Shown here: positions 37,502 through 46,468 of the stretch, piece by piece | How the letters are laid out: every line of letters begins with the position of its first letter | How positions within the stretch are numbered: the first letter of the stretch is position 1 | Source: Myxococcota bacterium | GTDB taxonomy: Bacteria; Myxococcota_A; UBA796 | Reading direction: 5' to 3' | Assembly: GCA_047621685.1 (NCBI GenBank) | Contig: JBLHNG010000004.1 | Location: 1 to 48,578 of the forward strand | Length of the DNA: 48,578 nt | Notes under the pieces: model-generated | Seen by the model: the letters and a program-made list of their open reading frames with translations, nothing else | Database searches by the model: none | Told to the model about the DNA's origin: nothing | Program-made: the position numbers and the translations under genes

Positions 37502-37894
37502 TTAGCGATTCGTAACGACGTGCTGGAGTGCACTCACCTGGCCGGTGGAGGGGATCTTGTAGCTCACCTCCACCTTGATGGAGCCGCTGGGGTCGGAGAC
37601 CGCTCGGACGTCGATGACTTCGATTCGAGGTTCCCACCGTTCCAAAGCGTCCTCGACATAGCGTCGGGCGCGTCGGGCGGTGGCAGTGGTGTTGGGGGCG
37701 AACAACAGCTCATGGATCCGACATCCGAACTCCGGCATCATCTGGCGCTCTCCCTGGCGGGTGCCGAGGATGACGGTGATGCTCTGGCGAATGTTCTCTT
37801 CGAATTCCGAGGTCGCGACCCGACCGGTGGCGGGATCGAAGTGGAACGGGAACGCCCAACCCCGTCCGAGGAACTCCTTCCGGGCGGTCATCAC
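37502..37894 (-). CDS. gp25/GPW-family baseplate protein
   Basis: FLGRGWAFP, ILGTRQGERQMMPEFGC, ALERWEPRIEV. Confidence 0.95.
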   Translation of the reverse strand: MMTARKEFLGRGWAFPFHFDPATGRVATSEFEENIRQSITVILGTRQGERQMMPEFGCRIHELLFAPNTTATARRARRYVEDALERWEPRIEVIDVRAVSDPSGSIKVEVSYKIPSTGQVSALQHVVTNR

Positions 37895-37917
37895 ACACCC
37901 CTTCTGTCGTAGACATG

Positions 37918-37971
37918 AAAAAAAAACAGCCCCCTGTAGATACCACAGGAGACTGTCTGACAGGGGGCTGT
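37918..37971 (-). terminator. Rho-independent terminator after the VgrG-hub gene
   Basis: 12-bp perfect stem ACAGCCCCCTGT/ACAGGGGGCTGT followed on the minus strand by a run of T (A9 at 37918-37926). Confidence 0.85.
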
Positions 37972-37983
37972 GCTGCGCGGGAC

Positions 37984-39006
37984 TCAGCTACCCATGGTGT
38001 TGCTGCAGAAGGTCATCTCAGTGGTGTAGCCGGTGCGTACACTGATGATGTGTCGGGTGGCCACGACGTAGAACTTTCCATTCTGCCCGCTTGGCAGGCC
38101 CTCGAACTCGACCATGCTTCCGGCGCGGACGCTGGCGTCTCCGCGAACCGAGCAGCTGCCGTGGCAGAATTGACGTGCGAACCGCTCCATCTCAGCCTTG
38201 GCGATCTGGTTGGCCATGGTCTGAGAGCTGACCGGGACATCGGTGATGTAGGCGGTGGAATCTCCGAACACACCGCACTTGGTCGCACCCAGCTCGCCGC
38301 TGCCGATGGCGGCGACCTCTCCGGCGGAGCACTGACCGACGATCTCCTGCTTACCGGCAATGTCCCAGCCCCGGACAACCACCTTCTGCACCTGATCGGA
38401 GGAGTTGAAGGACATGCGCATCGAGCGGAGGTCCTCTCCCATCTTGACGGACTTGGAGCTGCCGTCGAAGCTGGCTTTTTTGAACAGGAGCTTGCCCTCT
38501 TCCACCCGCACCTGGAAGTTATTGCGGGCCGCCAGACGCTTGATGAACGCGATGTTGCTCTCGTTGCGCTGGAGGATGTAGGGCATGGTGTCTTCGGTCG
38601 GATCAGCGTCTACGCTGAGACCAGACTCCGCGCCGACCTCCGAGGCGACGTCTGAGTCCTTCATCTCCTCCCAGAACCGGGTCTTGCGACCACGCCCCAG
38701 TCGGTGAGTCTTGTCCATCGCCCGGACGGTCATGCTGGTGTTGCCTTCGATCTGGAAGCCCGGCTCCATCGAGGTCACCTCGCCGGAAAACAGAGCCGTA
38801 CCATCGAGCTTGACCTCGACGGCATCGCCCATGTTGAAGTTCCAGGACGGCTGTCCCTCCGCACCACCGACCCGAACGGTGCACATCGAGACCATGTCGA
38901 CATGGTCCTCAACCACCGCCATCTGCAGGGCGTCTTTCTCCGCCTGCTTGAGCGTGGTGCCGCCGATCGTGATCTCATACTTGATCGCGCCGCTGTTCTC
39001 GCCCAT
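37984..39006 (-). CDS. Phage late control D / VgrG gp27-like hub protein (no gp5 spike part)
   Basis: LFSGEVT, RAMDKTHRL, KDSDVA, QRNESNIAFIKRLAAR, VVVRGWD, GKFYVVATRH, YTTE then stop at 340 aa. Confidence 0.9.
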   Translation of the reverse strand: MGENSGAIKYEITIGGTTLKQAEKDALQMAVVEDHVDMVSMCTVRVGGAEGQPSWNFNMGDAVEVKLDGTALFSGEVTSMEPGFQIEGNTSMTVRAMDKTHRLGRGRKTRFWEEMKDSDVASEVGAESGLSVDADPTEDTMPYILQRNESNIAFIKRLAARNNFQVRVEEGKLLFKKASFDGSSKSVKMGEDLRSMRMSFNSSDQVQKVVVRGWDIAGKQEIVGQCSAGEVAAIGSGELGATKCGVFGDSTAYITDVPVSSQTMANQIAKAEMERFARQFCHGSCSVRGDASVRAGSMVEFEGLPSGQNGKFYVVATRHIISVRTGYTTEMTFCSNTMGS

Positions 39007-39015
39007 GAGTACCTC

Positions 39016-39642
39016 TTAGCCGAAGACCGACAGGATGCTTCCCGCCGCAAGGTTCAGCCAGTCTGAGACCTGTGGGTTGGCGTCCTGAATGGCCCCCTGG
39101 GTAGTGTTGTTGCTTGATGCGATCTGCGAGAGGCTCTGCCCTGCCTGCACCGTGACCAGCTGGATCTTGGTCGAGGACAGCCCATCGGCACCGCCGCCGC
39201 CGCTGTATTCGTTGTCTGGCGTCCACTCTTTCATCTTGAGCTGGACCTTGGCCCTCAGCGGGTTGCCAGACTGAGCGAACATGGTGTAGGTCGCATTGAC
39301 CGACTCCACCACCCCGGTAAAGCAGAACGAGCCCCACTCGAAGTCGACCTTGGGCGGTCGCATCTTGTCGGTGTCGCCCTCATCGGGGATGACCGGATTG
39401 GTCAGCGCGAGGAGCTGGTCGACCCAGGTCTGACGGACATCGCTGCCGGAGTTGGTCGTGTCGTAGATCAGCTCCATTGAGATGTTCGCTGGCTGCGACT
39501 TCTGGAACTCGAGCTTGGACTCCTGGCCCTGCTCATCGTGCTCTTTCCAGGAGACGGGCTTGTCAAACTTGAAGTTGACCGGGTTGTACTGGACCGGGAA
39601 GGTGCCGGTCTCAGCGCAGAATTGTGCTTTGGAGACGCTCAT
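39016..39642 (-). CDS. CIS tube-initiator protein with LysM domain (Afp7/Pvc7-like)
   Basis: VQYNP, RPPKVDFEWG, MFAQSGNPLRAKVQLKMKE; LysM VTVQAGQSLSQIA...IQDANP...LAAGSIL. Confidence 0.9.
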   Translation of the reverse strand: MSVSKAQFCAETGTFPVQYNPVNFKFDKPVSWKEHDEQGQESKLEFQKSQPANISMELIYDTTNSGSDVRQTWVDQLLALTNPVIPDEGDTDKMRPPKVDFEWGSFCFTGVVESVNATYTMFAQSGNPLRAKVQLKMKEWTPDNEYSGGGGADGLSSTKIQLVTVQAGQSLSQIASSNNTTQGAIQDANPQVSDWLNLAAGSILSVFG

Positions 39643-39679
39643 ATTCTACCCCTGCAAGATGTTTGTTTTGGGACAAGTC

Positions 39680-42600
39680 CTACCACCATGAGTCCTGATC
39701 CCCTCCGCCGTCCAGGCTCCGCTCCCGGCGAAGCTCGCCCATGCGCTGGACCTCTTCGAGGACCTCACGTCCAAGGGCGTCGATGTCGATCTGGCGCTTG
39801 TTGCCTCCGCCCTCGGGCTGAGTCGGAGAGGACTGTCCCTCGGATCGTGCGGAGGAGCTGTCCTCTGCCATCCGAACCCCCTGGCGGGCGGTGTCCCGAC
39901 CCTGGTGCTCGGCGAGGTGGATGAGATCTCGGAGCCGCTTCGCCAGCTTCATGACGCGACCGTCTCCCACTCCAGCACCACCCTGTGCGGTGGAGAGGGG
40001 GCGGAGTCCGGTGAAGCCCCGGACGACCCGAGCGGAGCTGCGGGCCTTTCGGGGTGAGCGCACAGTGCGGGTGGTTGCTGCGGTCATCTGACGACCAGAC
40101 GGTGCCGCGGGACCGGCACTGCTGCTGCTGGCCTCGACTTTCGCGCTCTCTCGGCGGAGCTGTTGGATGACCTGAATGACCGGAGACGGCATCCGGGTGA
40201 GCCGGGGTGCTGGATCGTTGGAGCGCTCGAAGATCACCCGCACGACCTCCTCGACATCCGAGGCACGCGCCAAGGCAGCGATGAGGCCCTGGTTGGCGGA
40301 GGACGGACGGGGGAGAAGCTCGCCAGACGAGCGCCGGGCCCAGCTGGGCAGCGCGGTGTTGATGGACTGCGCTTCGACGGCTTCGAGGGTCCAGGACAGC
40401 GGCAGACGCTGCTCTGGAGAAGCTGTACGGGACGGTCGCCGCTCACCGACAAACACGCCACCGTCAGTGCGGTGGATGGTCGGGAGGGGGCGGGTGTAGG
40501 AGGACTCCACCACACCACCGTCCTCAATCCGACCGCTCCGAGAGAAGCGGGGGCGACTCCAGGGCGTGGGCGGGGTGCCCTCAGCAGAGCGAGGCGCGCT
40601 CTGGCGACCGGTCACGGCAGGGATGGCGGCATCAAACGGAGCCTCTGCGGACCGGGGAGCCGCGAGGATGACGCCGTCGGCCGTGGTCTGCAGGCGGGGA
40701 CGGCGGGTGAGGCTTTGCGTGTGTGGCTGACGCCCACCGATGTCTCGGGTGAGTGCTGCGGGTCGTCCCTCTTCCTGGCCCCACTGCTCACGCCCCCACT
40801 GTGCGCGACTCGAGAGCCGCTCCAGGGGACGGTCGGGGGAGCGACGAGAGGCTGCAGTGCGGATCGTCTGCTTCCCGCCAGCCGCTCTGGTGACCGAGGC
40901 GGTGGCCCGAGTCGCTGACGAAGTCGTCGGTGGAGTCACCGTGGACGACGGGGAGAAGATCGATGGAAACCCAGGGGACTTCGTCAGCGCGGGGGATGCC
41001 GGGGCAATCGCTGGCTCGGGAGCGCGGGACTCCTCGGTGACGATCACCACCTGGGGCGGCGCGCTGGGGGCATAGCTGAGCAGCCGTCGACGGACGCGAA
41101 CCTCGACCGTGGCCTGAGCTGAGGAGGAGGCTGCCCGAGAGGAGGCCGTGCGTCGGCTGGCCGTCTGGCCAGTCACCGTCTTGCCAGCCACCATCCGGCC
41201 AGTGGCTGGCCGACTTCCGCGGCTGGCGACAGCTCGACGGGTGCTGGTCGGGCTTGCTTGCCGGGCGGAGTAGCCGACAAGGGGACTGGAGTCGAAGCGT
41301 TGGCTGGCGGCGATGATCGCAGCGACCCGACGCTGACGGGTCGTGCCGCCAGTGACAGACAGGCTCGGCGCGGCATCCGACGGTTTCCGTGTGGAAACAG
41401 CCGGCGGGGTTGTGGAGCGCGGCTTTTTGCTTGGAGTCTCGTCACGCCGGGTGTCGGTGGCGGGTGTACCGGAGAACCATGAGCTGGCGGAGGCACGTCT
41501 CGGTGGGGTGGTCCCCTCACCCTCAGTGGAGGTCGAGACCTCGGGTAACGGGGCCGAGGAGGGAAGGACCTCTGCCGGGGCGTAGACCGCCATCCGACGC
41601 GTGCTGCGTGCCTCTGATGAGGCCGCTCCCACCTTCTCAGCGAGCTGCGGGGTTGTGGCCCGGGAGGCGTCGGTGAGCGGAGATGCTTTGATGAATGGAG
41701 ACGCTTCAGTGAGCGGGGCTCCTGAGGGGTCCGTCTGCCTTGTTGGTGCAGCCCGGGTCACCCGAGGCAGGAGGGAGCCTGCTGTCGGGGTTGTGGCTTC
41801 CATCCGGGCTGCGAGCCGTCGGGTAGAGGCAATCCGGACCGGACGATCGGAGCGTGCCGCAGGCAGCGCTGAGGGGCGGGGAGGCGCGTGACGGGGCGGG
41901 GTGCTCCGGGGGATGGCCGAGCGCGCAGTGATCGTACCGATGGCCTGGCGACTGAGCACTCGCTGCATCGGAGCCGGAGCGGCGCTTGGGACCACCCGGG
42001 TGATGGTCTGTCGCTTCGATGAGACGGTTCGGGTGACCACTCGGGGCAGCACGGAACCCGGTCGAGCCTCAATGACACGGCCGCGTGCGGCGGCCTGGCG
42101 AACCGGGGACGCCGCTTCTGGTGTGGCCTTTGTCTGAGCGGGAGCCGGCTCAATGAGCTGCGGGGTGATGGTCGGGAGGAGCGAGCGGCGTGCGCGAGCC
42201 CGAACCGGTCGAACCGGACGCGCGGACTCGATGCTGATGGAGCTGCTGGGCGCTGGACGCCGGGTAAGCCGCCGAGCAGCATGGGCGCTTGCAGTCTCTG
42301 CCCCCGACAGGCGAACCGGGGAGGCCGAGATGGCCACTGAAGACGGTCGGGAAGCCCGCTGGAGGATCTCCGCACGGGCTGAGCCCGATGTGCTGGAGTC
42401 GTCTGCTCTGAGTCCCCGGGTCAGCGCACGCTGAGTGAGCGATCCGGGGTGGGATGATCGGGGTTGAGCAGGACCATCAGGGGCTCGGGGGGTCGTCGCG
42501 GACGCTCGACGGCTGGCAACCCGACGCCCGGGGGCCGACTGCGGAGTCCGCGGAGTCGCGCCTCTTGGGGTCGCAGCACGCGAGGTGATTGCGGCTCGAG

Positions 42601-43648
42601 GTGCGGCAGGGCGAGACACCGTCGGCGCGGCGGTCTCCGGCTGCATCATCGGACGCGATGGCTCCACCGCCTTCATCATCGGGGAGCTGTGCAGGACCGG
42701 ACGGAGCCCTCGGCGGCGCTCCTGTCGGCTGGCAGAGGCCATGCGCCCCGCAGCAACCGTGACCGGGGATGCGGCGTGGTCTGGCAGCGCACGCTCGATC
42801 TCAACCCGGGCAGCCCGATTGGTCCCGCCCAGGCTGCGCACAACCTTTCGCACACGACGGACCTGCTCGGGAGCCGGCAGGGCCTCGATCTCTTCGATCA
42901 GACGGACCAGTCGGCGCGCGGGACGCCCAGAAGACCGCACCAGACGCCGAAGCGGCTCGACGGCATCACTGGAGGCATGATTGAAAGAGGCAGTGGACTG
43001 GAGGCGATGACCTGCACGCTCCATCGGACGGGAGCGCTGGGACCTGGCCGGGACCTCTCGCACGCTGAGTCGGGGCTCGGCCAAGACCTTGCGCACGATG
43101 ATCTGCGAACGGGACGGCTTCTCCGCAGTTCTCGCCGGAGATGTCGGGCGAGAGAGCCAGGCGGCCTGCCCGGAGACGCTGCGAGCGGTGCTGCCACTCC
43201 ATCCCCGCACTGTGCGGATTCCAGGCTCCTCCGGCTCGACCTCTGGGGTCGGTGTGGTGGGCTCTGGCAGGAGCATGTCGCCATCAGAGATGGTCAGCAG
43301 CCCGGAGAGGAAGCGAGGGCGGCTCGACGACTCACCCGGCCACAGCCGACGCGCAGCCTTGACTGGCCGACGTTCGCCATAGCGACTGGCATAGCGCTCC
43401 AGGCGCTTCTGACGGCGGAGTCGTGCCTGCCCGAGGCGTCGGAGCATCTGGTAGAACGGCTTTCCGGAGAGGTAGACGAAGTCTCCACTCCCCTCACGGA
43501 CCTCGGGAGCAGTGCTGCCCTGCAGCCAGGGGTCTGCAAGCCCAAACCGTTCATAGAAGGCAGGCGAAAGCCCCATGCGCGGACGACGGACTGAGCGCTT
43601 CTCAAGGCGCTTCAGCAGCCGAGCTCCGATCAAGTTTCTCTCACTCAT
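39680..43648 (-). CDS. Large Arg/Ser/Pro/Ala-rich low-complexity protein, candidate tape measure or lumenal cargo
   Basis: 1322-aa uninterrupted ORF with GAGG RBS between the tube and LysM genes; C-terminal helix IDIDALGREVLEEVQRMGELRRERS. Confidence 0.75.
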   Translation of the reverse strand: MSERNLIGARLLKRLEKRSVRRPRMGLSPAFYERFGLADPWLQGSTAPEVREGSGDFVYLSGKPFYQMLRRLGQARLRRQKRLERYASRYGERRPVKAARRLWPGESSSRPRFLSGLLTISDGDMLLPEPTTPTPEVEPEEPGIRTVRGWSGSTARSVSGQAAWLSRPTSPARTAEKPSRSQIIVRKVLAEPRLSVREVPARSQRSRPMERAGHRLQSTASFNHASSDAVEPLRRLVRSSGRPARRLVRLIEEIEALPAPEQVRRVRKVVRSLGGTNRAARVEIERALPDHAASPVTVAAGRMASASRQERRRGLRPVLHSSPMMKAVEPSRPMMQPETAAPTVSRPAAPRAAITSRAATPRGATPRTPQSAPGRRVASRRASATTPRAPDGPAQPRSSHPGSLTQRALTRGLRADDSSTSGSARAEILQRASRPSSVAISASPVRLSGAETASAHAARRLTRRPAPSSSISIESARPVRPVRARARRSLLPTITPQLIEPAPAQTKATPEAASPVRQAAARGRVIEARPGSVLPRVVTRTVSSKRQTITRVVPSAAPAPMQRVLSRQAIGTITARSAIPRSTPPRHAPPRPSALPAARSDRPVRIASTRRLAARMEATTPTAGSLLPRVTRAAPTRQTDPSGAPLTEASPFIKASPLTDASRATTPQLAEKVGAASSEARSTRRMAVYAPAEVLPSSAPLPEVSTSTEGEGTTPPRRASASSWFSGTPATDTRRDETPSKKPRSTTPPAVSTRKPSDAAPSLSVTGGTTRQRRVAAIIAASQRFDSSPLVGYSARQASPTSTRRAVASRGSRPATGRMVAGKTVTGQTASRRTASSRAASSSAQATVEVRVRRRLLSYAPSAPPQVVIVTEESRAPEPAIAPASPALTKSPGFPSIFSPSSTVTPPTTSSATRATASVTRAAGGKQTIRTAASRRSPDRPLERLSSRAQWGREQWGQEEGRPAALTRDIGGRQPHTQSLTRRPRLQTTADGVILAAPRSAEAPFDAAIPAVTGRQSAPRSAEGTPPTPWSRPRFSRSGRIEDGGVVESSYTRPLPTIHRTDGGVFVGERRPSRTASPEQRLPLSWTLEAVEAQSINTALPSWARRSSGELLPRPSSANQGLIAALARASDVEEVVRVIFERSNDPAPRLTRMPSPVIQVIQQLRRESAKVEASSSSAGPAAPSGRQMTAATTRTVRSPRKARSSARVVRGFTGLRPLSTAQGGAGVGDGRVMKLAKRLRDLIHLAEHQGRDTARQGVRMAEDSSSARSEGQSSPTQPEGGGNKRQIDIDALGREVLEEVQRMGELRRERSLDGGGDQDSWW

Positions 43649-43660
43649 CGCCTCTCCAGA

Positions 43661-44101
43661 TCAGGAAACTTCGATGCCATGGTGGGCAATCTCAAGCATC
43701 TCAATGGCCAGCTCAGATCCGCTTGAGGAGAGGGATGGGCCCTCCCACGCGACGGGCCATGCAGACTTAAAGTTGTACCGCCGGACGGTCTCCATCTTGT
43801 TGTTCTTCAAGATGATCGAGCCATTTCGGTAGTTACTATCGGAGAACTGATCCTGGAGGATCTCGTTTCTCCAGCCGAGCAGGGAGGTGTCCGAGGTGAC
43901 GCCGTAGCGAAGCTGGATGTTCTCCCACTTGCTCTGCCCAGGCACCTTGTGGACCCGGTCGTTCACGCCGCCTTCCTGGATCTCGAAGACCTCAGTCGTT
44001 GACTTCATCCCCGAGCACTCCATGAAGTGCGCGATCTCAACGCCATCGATCTCGAGGGCGAAGACATAATTTCCTTCCGCATCCAGCCAGTCTCTCGACA
44101 T
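43661..44101 (-). CDS. Tail tube protein 2 (T4 gp19-like)
   Basis: FMECSGM, IQEGGVN, KVPGQSKWENIQLRYG, AWPVAWEGP, AIEMLEIAH. Confidence 0.93.
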   Translation of the reverse strand: MSRDWLDAEGNYVFALEIDGVEIAHFMECSGMKSTTEVFEIQEGGVNDRVHKVPGQSKWENIQLRYGVTSDTSLLGWRNEILQDQFSDSNYRNGSIILKNNKMETVRRYNFKSAWPVAWEGPSLSSSGSELAIEMLEIAHHGIEVS

Positions 44102-44176
44102 TACTGACACCCCTGCTCAGGCGGTATTGTACCCCAGTCTACCAGACTCCAACCACTGTTCTTCATCGCAGCCTGG

Positions 44177-45355
44177 TTATCCACCAAGTCGAAGATCGAT
44201 AACAATCTGCTCGGCAGTGCCGACTGGCTTCATGCGAATCTCGACGTTGACCTGACCAGCATCGAGGAGGTATCGGGGATTGTTGCTGGTGTTGCAGGTG
44301 ACCGCATACTCCTCGCCAGCCCGCTCTCCGGCCAACAGTCCGGCACGCCAGAACTGCTCCAGCCGGTAGCGCACGTCGCGCTCAAGGACATCCCAGAGGT
44401 GCGGATTGTTGGTCTCAAACACCGCCCACTCATTGTCCCGGCGCAGCTGCTCGGTGATCATGCTGATGATCCGACGGCTGTTGATGAACCGATACGCCAG
44501 ATCTGTGCTGAGGGTCCGAGCACCAAAGACCACAATCCCACGACCAGCCTGGAGGATCAGCGGGTTGATAGAGGCCTCGGCCATGTCACCGGCCTCGGTG
44601 AAGTCCAGGTCCAACTCCAGGTGAGTCACACCGTTTACCGGGACATTCGCCGGTGGCCAGACCACACCATACTCCCCTTTCTCCTTCTCGATTCGCGCGT
44701 AGATTCCCGCCAGTGAGGCGCTGGGGGGGAAGGTGGTTCCCCCCTCAAACAGCCAGGGGTAGTACAGCGCACCATAGGAGCGGGTGTGTGTTTCTCGTGC
44801 CCGAAAGTCCCGAACCCACCGAACGAGCAGGTCGCCGTGGAGTCCGCGGGGCGGATCGAGGATGAGGAAGCGGTTGTTCATCTCCCGGCAATGAACAAGC
44901 AGTAGATCGTAGACATGCTCGGCATCGGTGTGTGCCTCACCGAGTCGGCTCACGCTCACTGGCAGCCAGGCCAGGGCCGGTGAAGCCAGCACCGCGATGT
45001 CGTCCTCCGCACGGAGGCGGTCGAGGAGCGGAACGAAGATCTCTGTTGCGGTGGCCGGGGTCTCAAAGTCCACCGTGGAGCGAATGCACACCCCAAAGAG
45101 GAAGAGGGCATCTCCGTTGTTGACGAAGAAGTCATGCACTGCACGCACAGAGGCCTGATCGAACCGGCGCCAGTGGGGGTGCTCCCAGAGATCGGGCTCA
45201 CGCCGCAGTGGGATCTCAACAAAATCCCCGGCCGTCATCCCCTCAGGCCACTTTTCCTCTGAAATGAAGCCGATAAATGCAGTCACGTCGCATCGGACCA
45301 GCTCGCGAGAGCGGACCGGAAGCCGGCCGTGTTGGACCACAATTCCTGGACGCAT
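44177..45355 (-). CDS. Tail sheath protein 2
   Basis: PGIVV, FFVNNG, RFLILDPP, ALYYPWL, PPAN, VFGARTL, WAVFETN. Confidence 0.92.
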   Translation of the reverse strand: MRPGIVVQHGRLPVRSRELVRCDVTAFIGFISEEKWPEGMTAGDFVEIPLRREPDLWEHPHWRRFDQASVRAVHDFFVNNGDALFLFGVCIRSTVDFETPATATEIFVPLLDRLRAEDDIAVLASPALAWLPVSVSRLGEAHTDAEHVYDLLLVHCREMNNRFLILDPPRGLHGDLLVRWVRDFRARETHTRSYGALYYPWLFEGGTTFPPSASLAGIYARIEKEKGEYGVVWPPANVPVNGVTHLELDLDFTEAGDMAEASINPLILQAGRGIVVFGARTLSTDLAYRFINSRRIISMITEQLRRDNEWAVFETNNPHLWDVLERDVRYRLEQFWRAGLLAGERAGEEYAVTCNTSNNPRYLLDAGQVNVEIRMKPVGTAEQIVIDLRLGG

Positions 45356-45373
45356 GGACACCCTCTAAGCGAA

Positions 45374-45401
45374 TGAAGCGGCTCCCAAGGAAGCCGCTTC
45401 A
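45374..45401 (-). terminator. Intergenic stem-loop (weak terminator or mRNA-stabilising hairpin)
   Basis: TGAAGCGGCT/AGCCGCTTCA 10-bp perfect stem; only a short interrupted T tract (TTCGCTT) follows on the minus strand. Confidence 0.5.
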
Positions 45402-45426
45402 GGAAGGTCTGTCTGGATGAACCAGA

Positions 45427-45591
45427 TCAGCGAGGTGCGTTGATCCTCTCATTGATCTTGGAGATCTCTTTGACCCAGGAGTGTCTCTCCCGATGGGAGA
45501 GGTCCAGGATCGAGTCCCGATCCCAATGAAAGTGGTAGGCAATGAACGCTACCTCCTTGAAGATGTTCTCCAAGGGGTAGCTTACGATTCC
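45427..45591 (-). CDS. DUF6760-like domain, probably translated only as a -1 frameshift extension of the chaperone
   Basis: SYPLENIFKEVAFIAYHFHWDRDSILDLSHRERHSWVKEISKIN; no ATG; overlaps the chaperone stop in the -1 frame. Confidence 0.8.
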   Translation of the reverse strand, partial: GIVSYPLENIFKEVAFIAYHFHWDRDSILDLSHRERHSWVKEISKINERINAPR

Positions 45592-45594
45592 CCC
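45548..45594 (-). promoter_or_regulatory. Putative -1 programmed ribosomal frameshift signal
   Basis: Slippery G GGG GAA (45594-45588), 6-nt spacer TCGTAA, hairpin GCTACC-CCTTG-GAGA[ACA]TCTT-CAAGG-A-GGTAGC (45581-45548). Confidence 0.75.
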
Positions 45595-45947
45595 AGGCGG
45601 CCGAACTCCCGCTCGAAGCGAGCACCGCACTCGGGACAGGCCACTGTGATCGTAGCTTCGTCCTCGTTGATCCGATTATACATCTCCTCAAGGAACCGAA
45701 GGTCGCTCGCGAACAGGTTCTCGATGACCCCGGTGTTGACCTCCTTGAGGTTGCCGAGCTGAGTAATGACTCTGCTGAGCAGAACGATGATGAGGTACGC
45801 CCGGTTGCGCTGGACGCGGAGATCATTCAGTGGAACGATCTCGTCCTTGGCATTGGCCAGTCGCATGACACCCTCACGATGGAGGTTGCCTTCCTTGTCG
45901 ACGTATCCACGCGGCAGGATGAACTCGTACTCGGTCTTCAGATCCAT
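45582..45947 (-). CDS. Tail assembly chaperone (gpG/gp41-like) with C-terminal CxxC
   Basis: TEYEFILPRGYVDKEGNLHREGVMRLA..DEI...LLSRVITQLG...LFASDLRFLEEMYNRIN, CPECG; TAATG coupling to the tube gene. Confidence 0.85.
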   Translation of the reverse strand: MDLKTEYEFILPRGYVDKEGNLHREGVMRLANAKDEIVPLNDLRVQRNRAYLIIVLLSRVITQLGNLKEVNTGVIENLFASDLRFLEEMYNRINEDEATITVACPECGARFEREFGRLGES

Positions 45948-46390
45948 TAGGCTCTCTCAACCTTCTCGACGGCGATCTCGATCTTCTCGATGGCCATGGC
46001 GGAAGCGTCGGAGTCCATCTCCGGCACGTTCCACTTGCAGGGCCAGCCCTCGAAGAAGTTGTAGCGTGCGACCTCGGACTGTCCGTCCTGGTCGAGGATG
46101 ATCACCGAGCCGGCACGACGATCGATCTTGCCGTCCTCAATGTTCTTTCGCCACTGCCACAGGTCGTCGGTCGCGGTGTAACCACGCTCGAGGACGATGT
46201 TGGCGTAGGTCGTGCGACCCGGCTTCTTGCGGACGACCAGATCGTTACCCTGCTTGAACTCGATGACCTCGGTCTCTGAGTCCATGCCGGACACGGACTT
46301 GAATCCGCCGACGATGATCTTGTTGTCATTGATGACCCCCTGGATTTCCAGGAGGAAGTGGTATGCACCGAACAGTTCCTCTGTAGGCAT
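45947..46390 (-). CDS. Major tail tube protein (T4 gp19-like)
   Basis: GGFKSVSGM, KKPGRTTYANIVLERG, RYNFFEGWPCKW, AIEKIEIAVE; GAAGGAG RBS. Confidence 0.95.
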   Translation of the reverse strand: MPTEELFGAYHFLLEIQGVINDNKIIVGGFKSVSGMDSETEVIEFKQGNDLVVRKKPGRTTYANIVLERGYTATDDLWQWRKNIEDGKIDRRAGSVIILDQDGQSEVARYNFFEGWPCKWNVPEMDSDASAMAIEKIEIAVEKVERA

Positions 46391-46468
46391 GTTGGTGTGC
46401 TCCTTCGCTTCAGGTTGTGTTCGGTGCGTGGTGGCTTACGCCTCGAACGGGTGAGTGATCAGTGGGGA

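Noticed and set aside
45427-45630. DUF6760-like ORF as an independent 67-aa gene starting at GTG 45630
   Set aside because: That GTG lies inside the chaperone CPECG codons with no convincing Shine-Dalgarno, and the added N-terminal residues look like off-frame translation; the frameshift explains the layout better.
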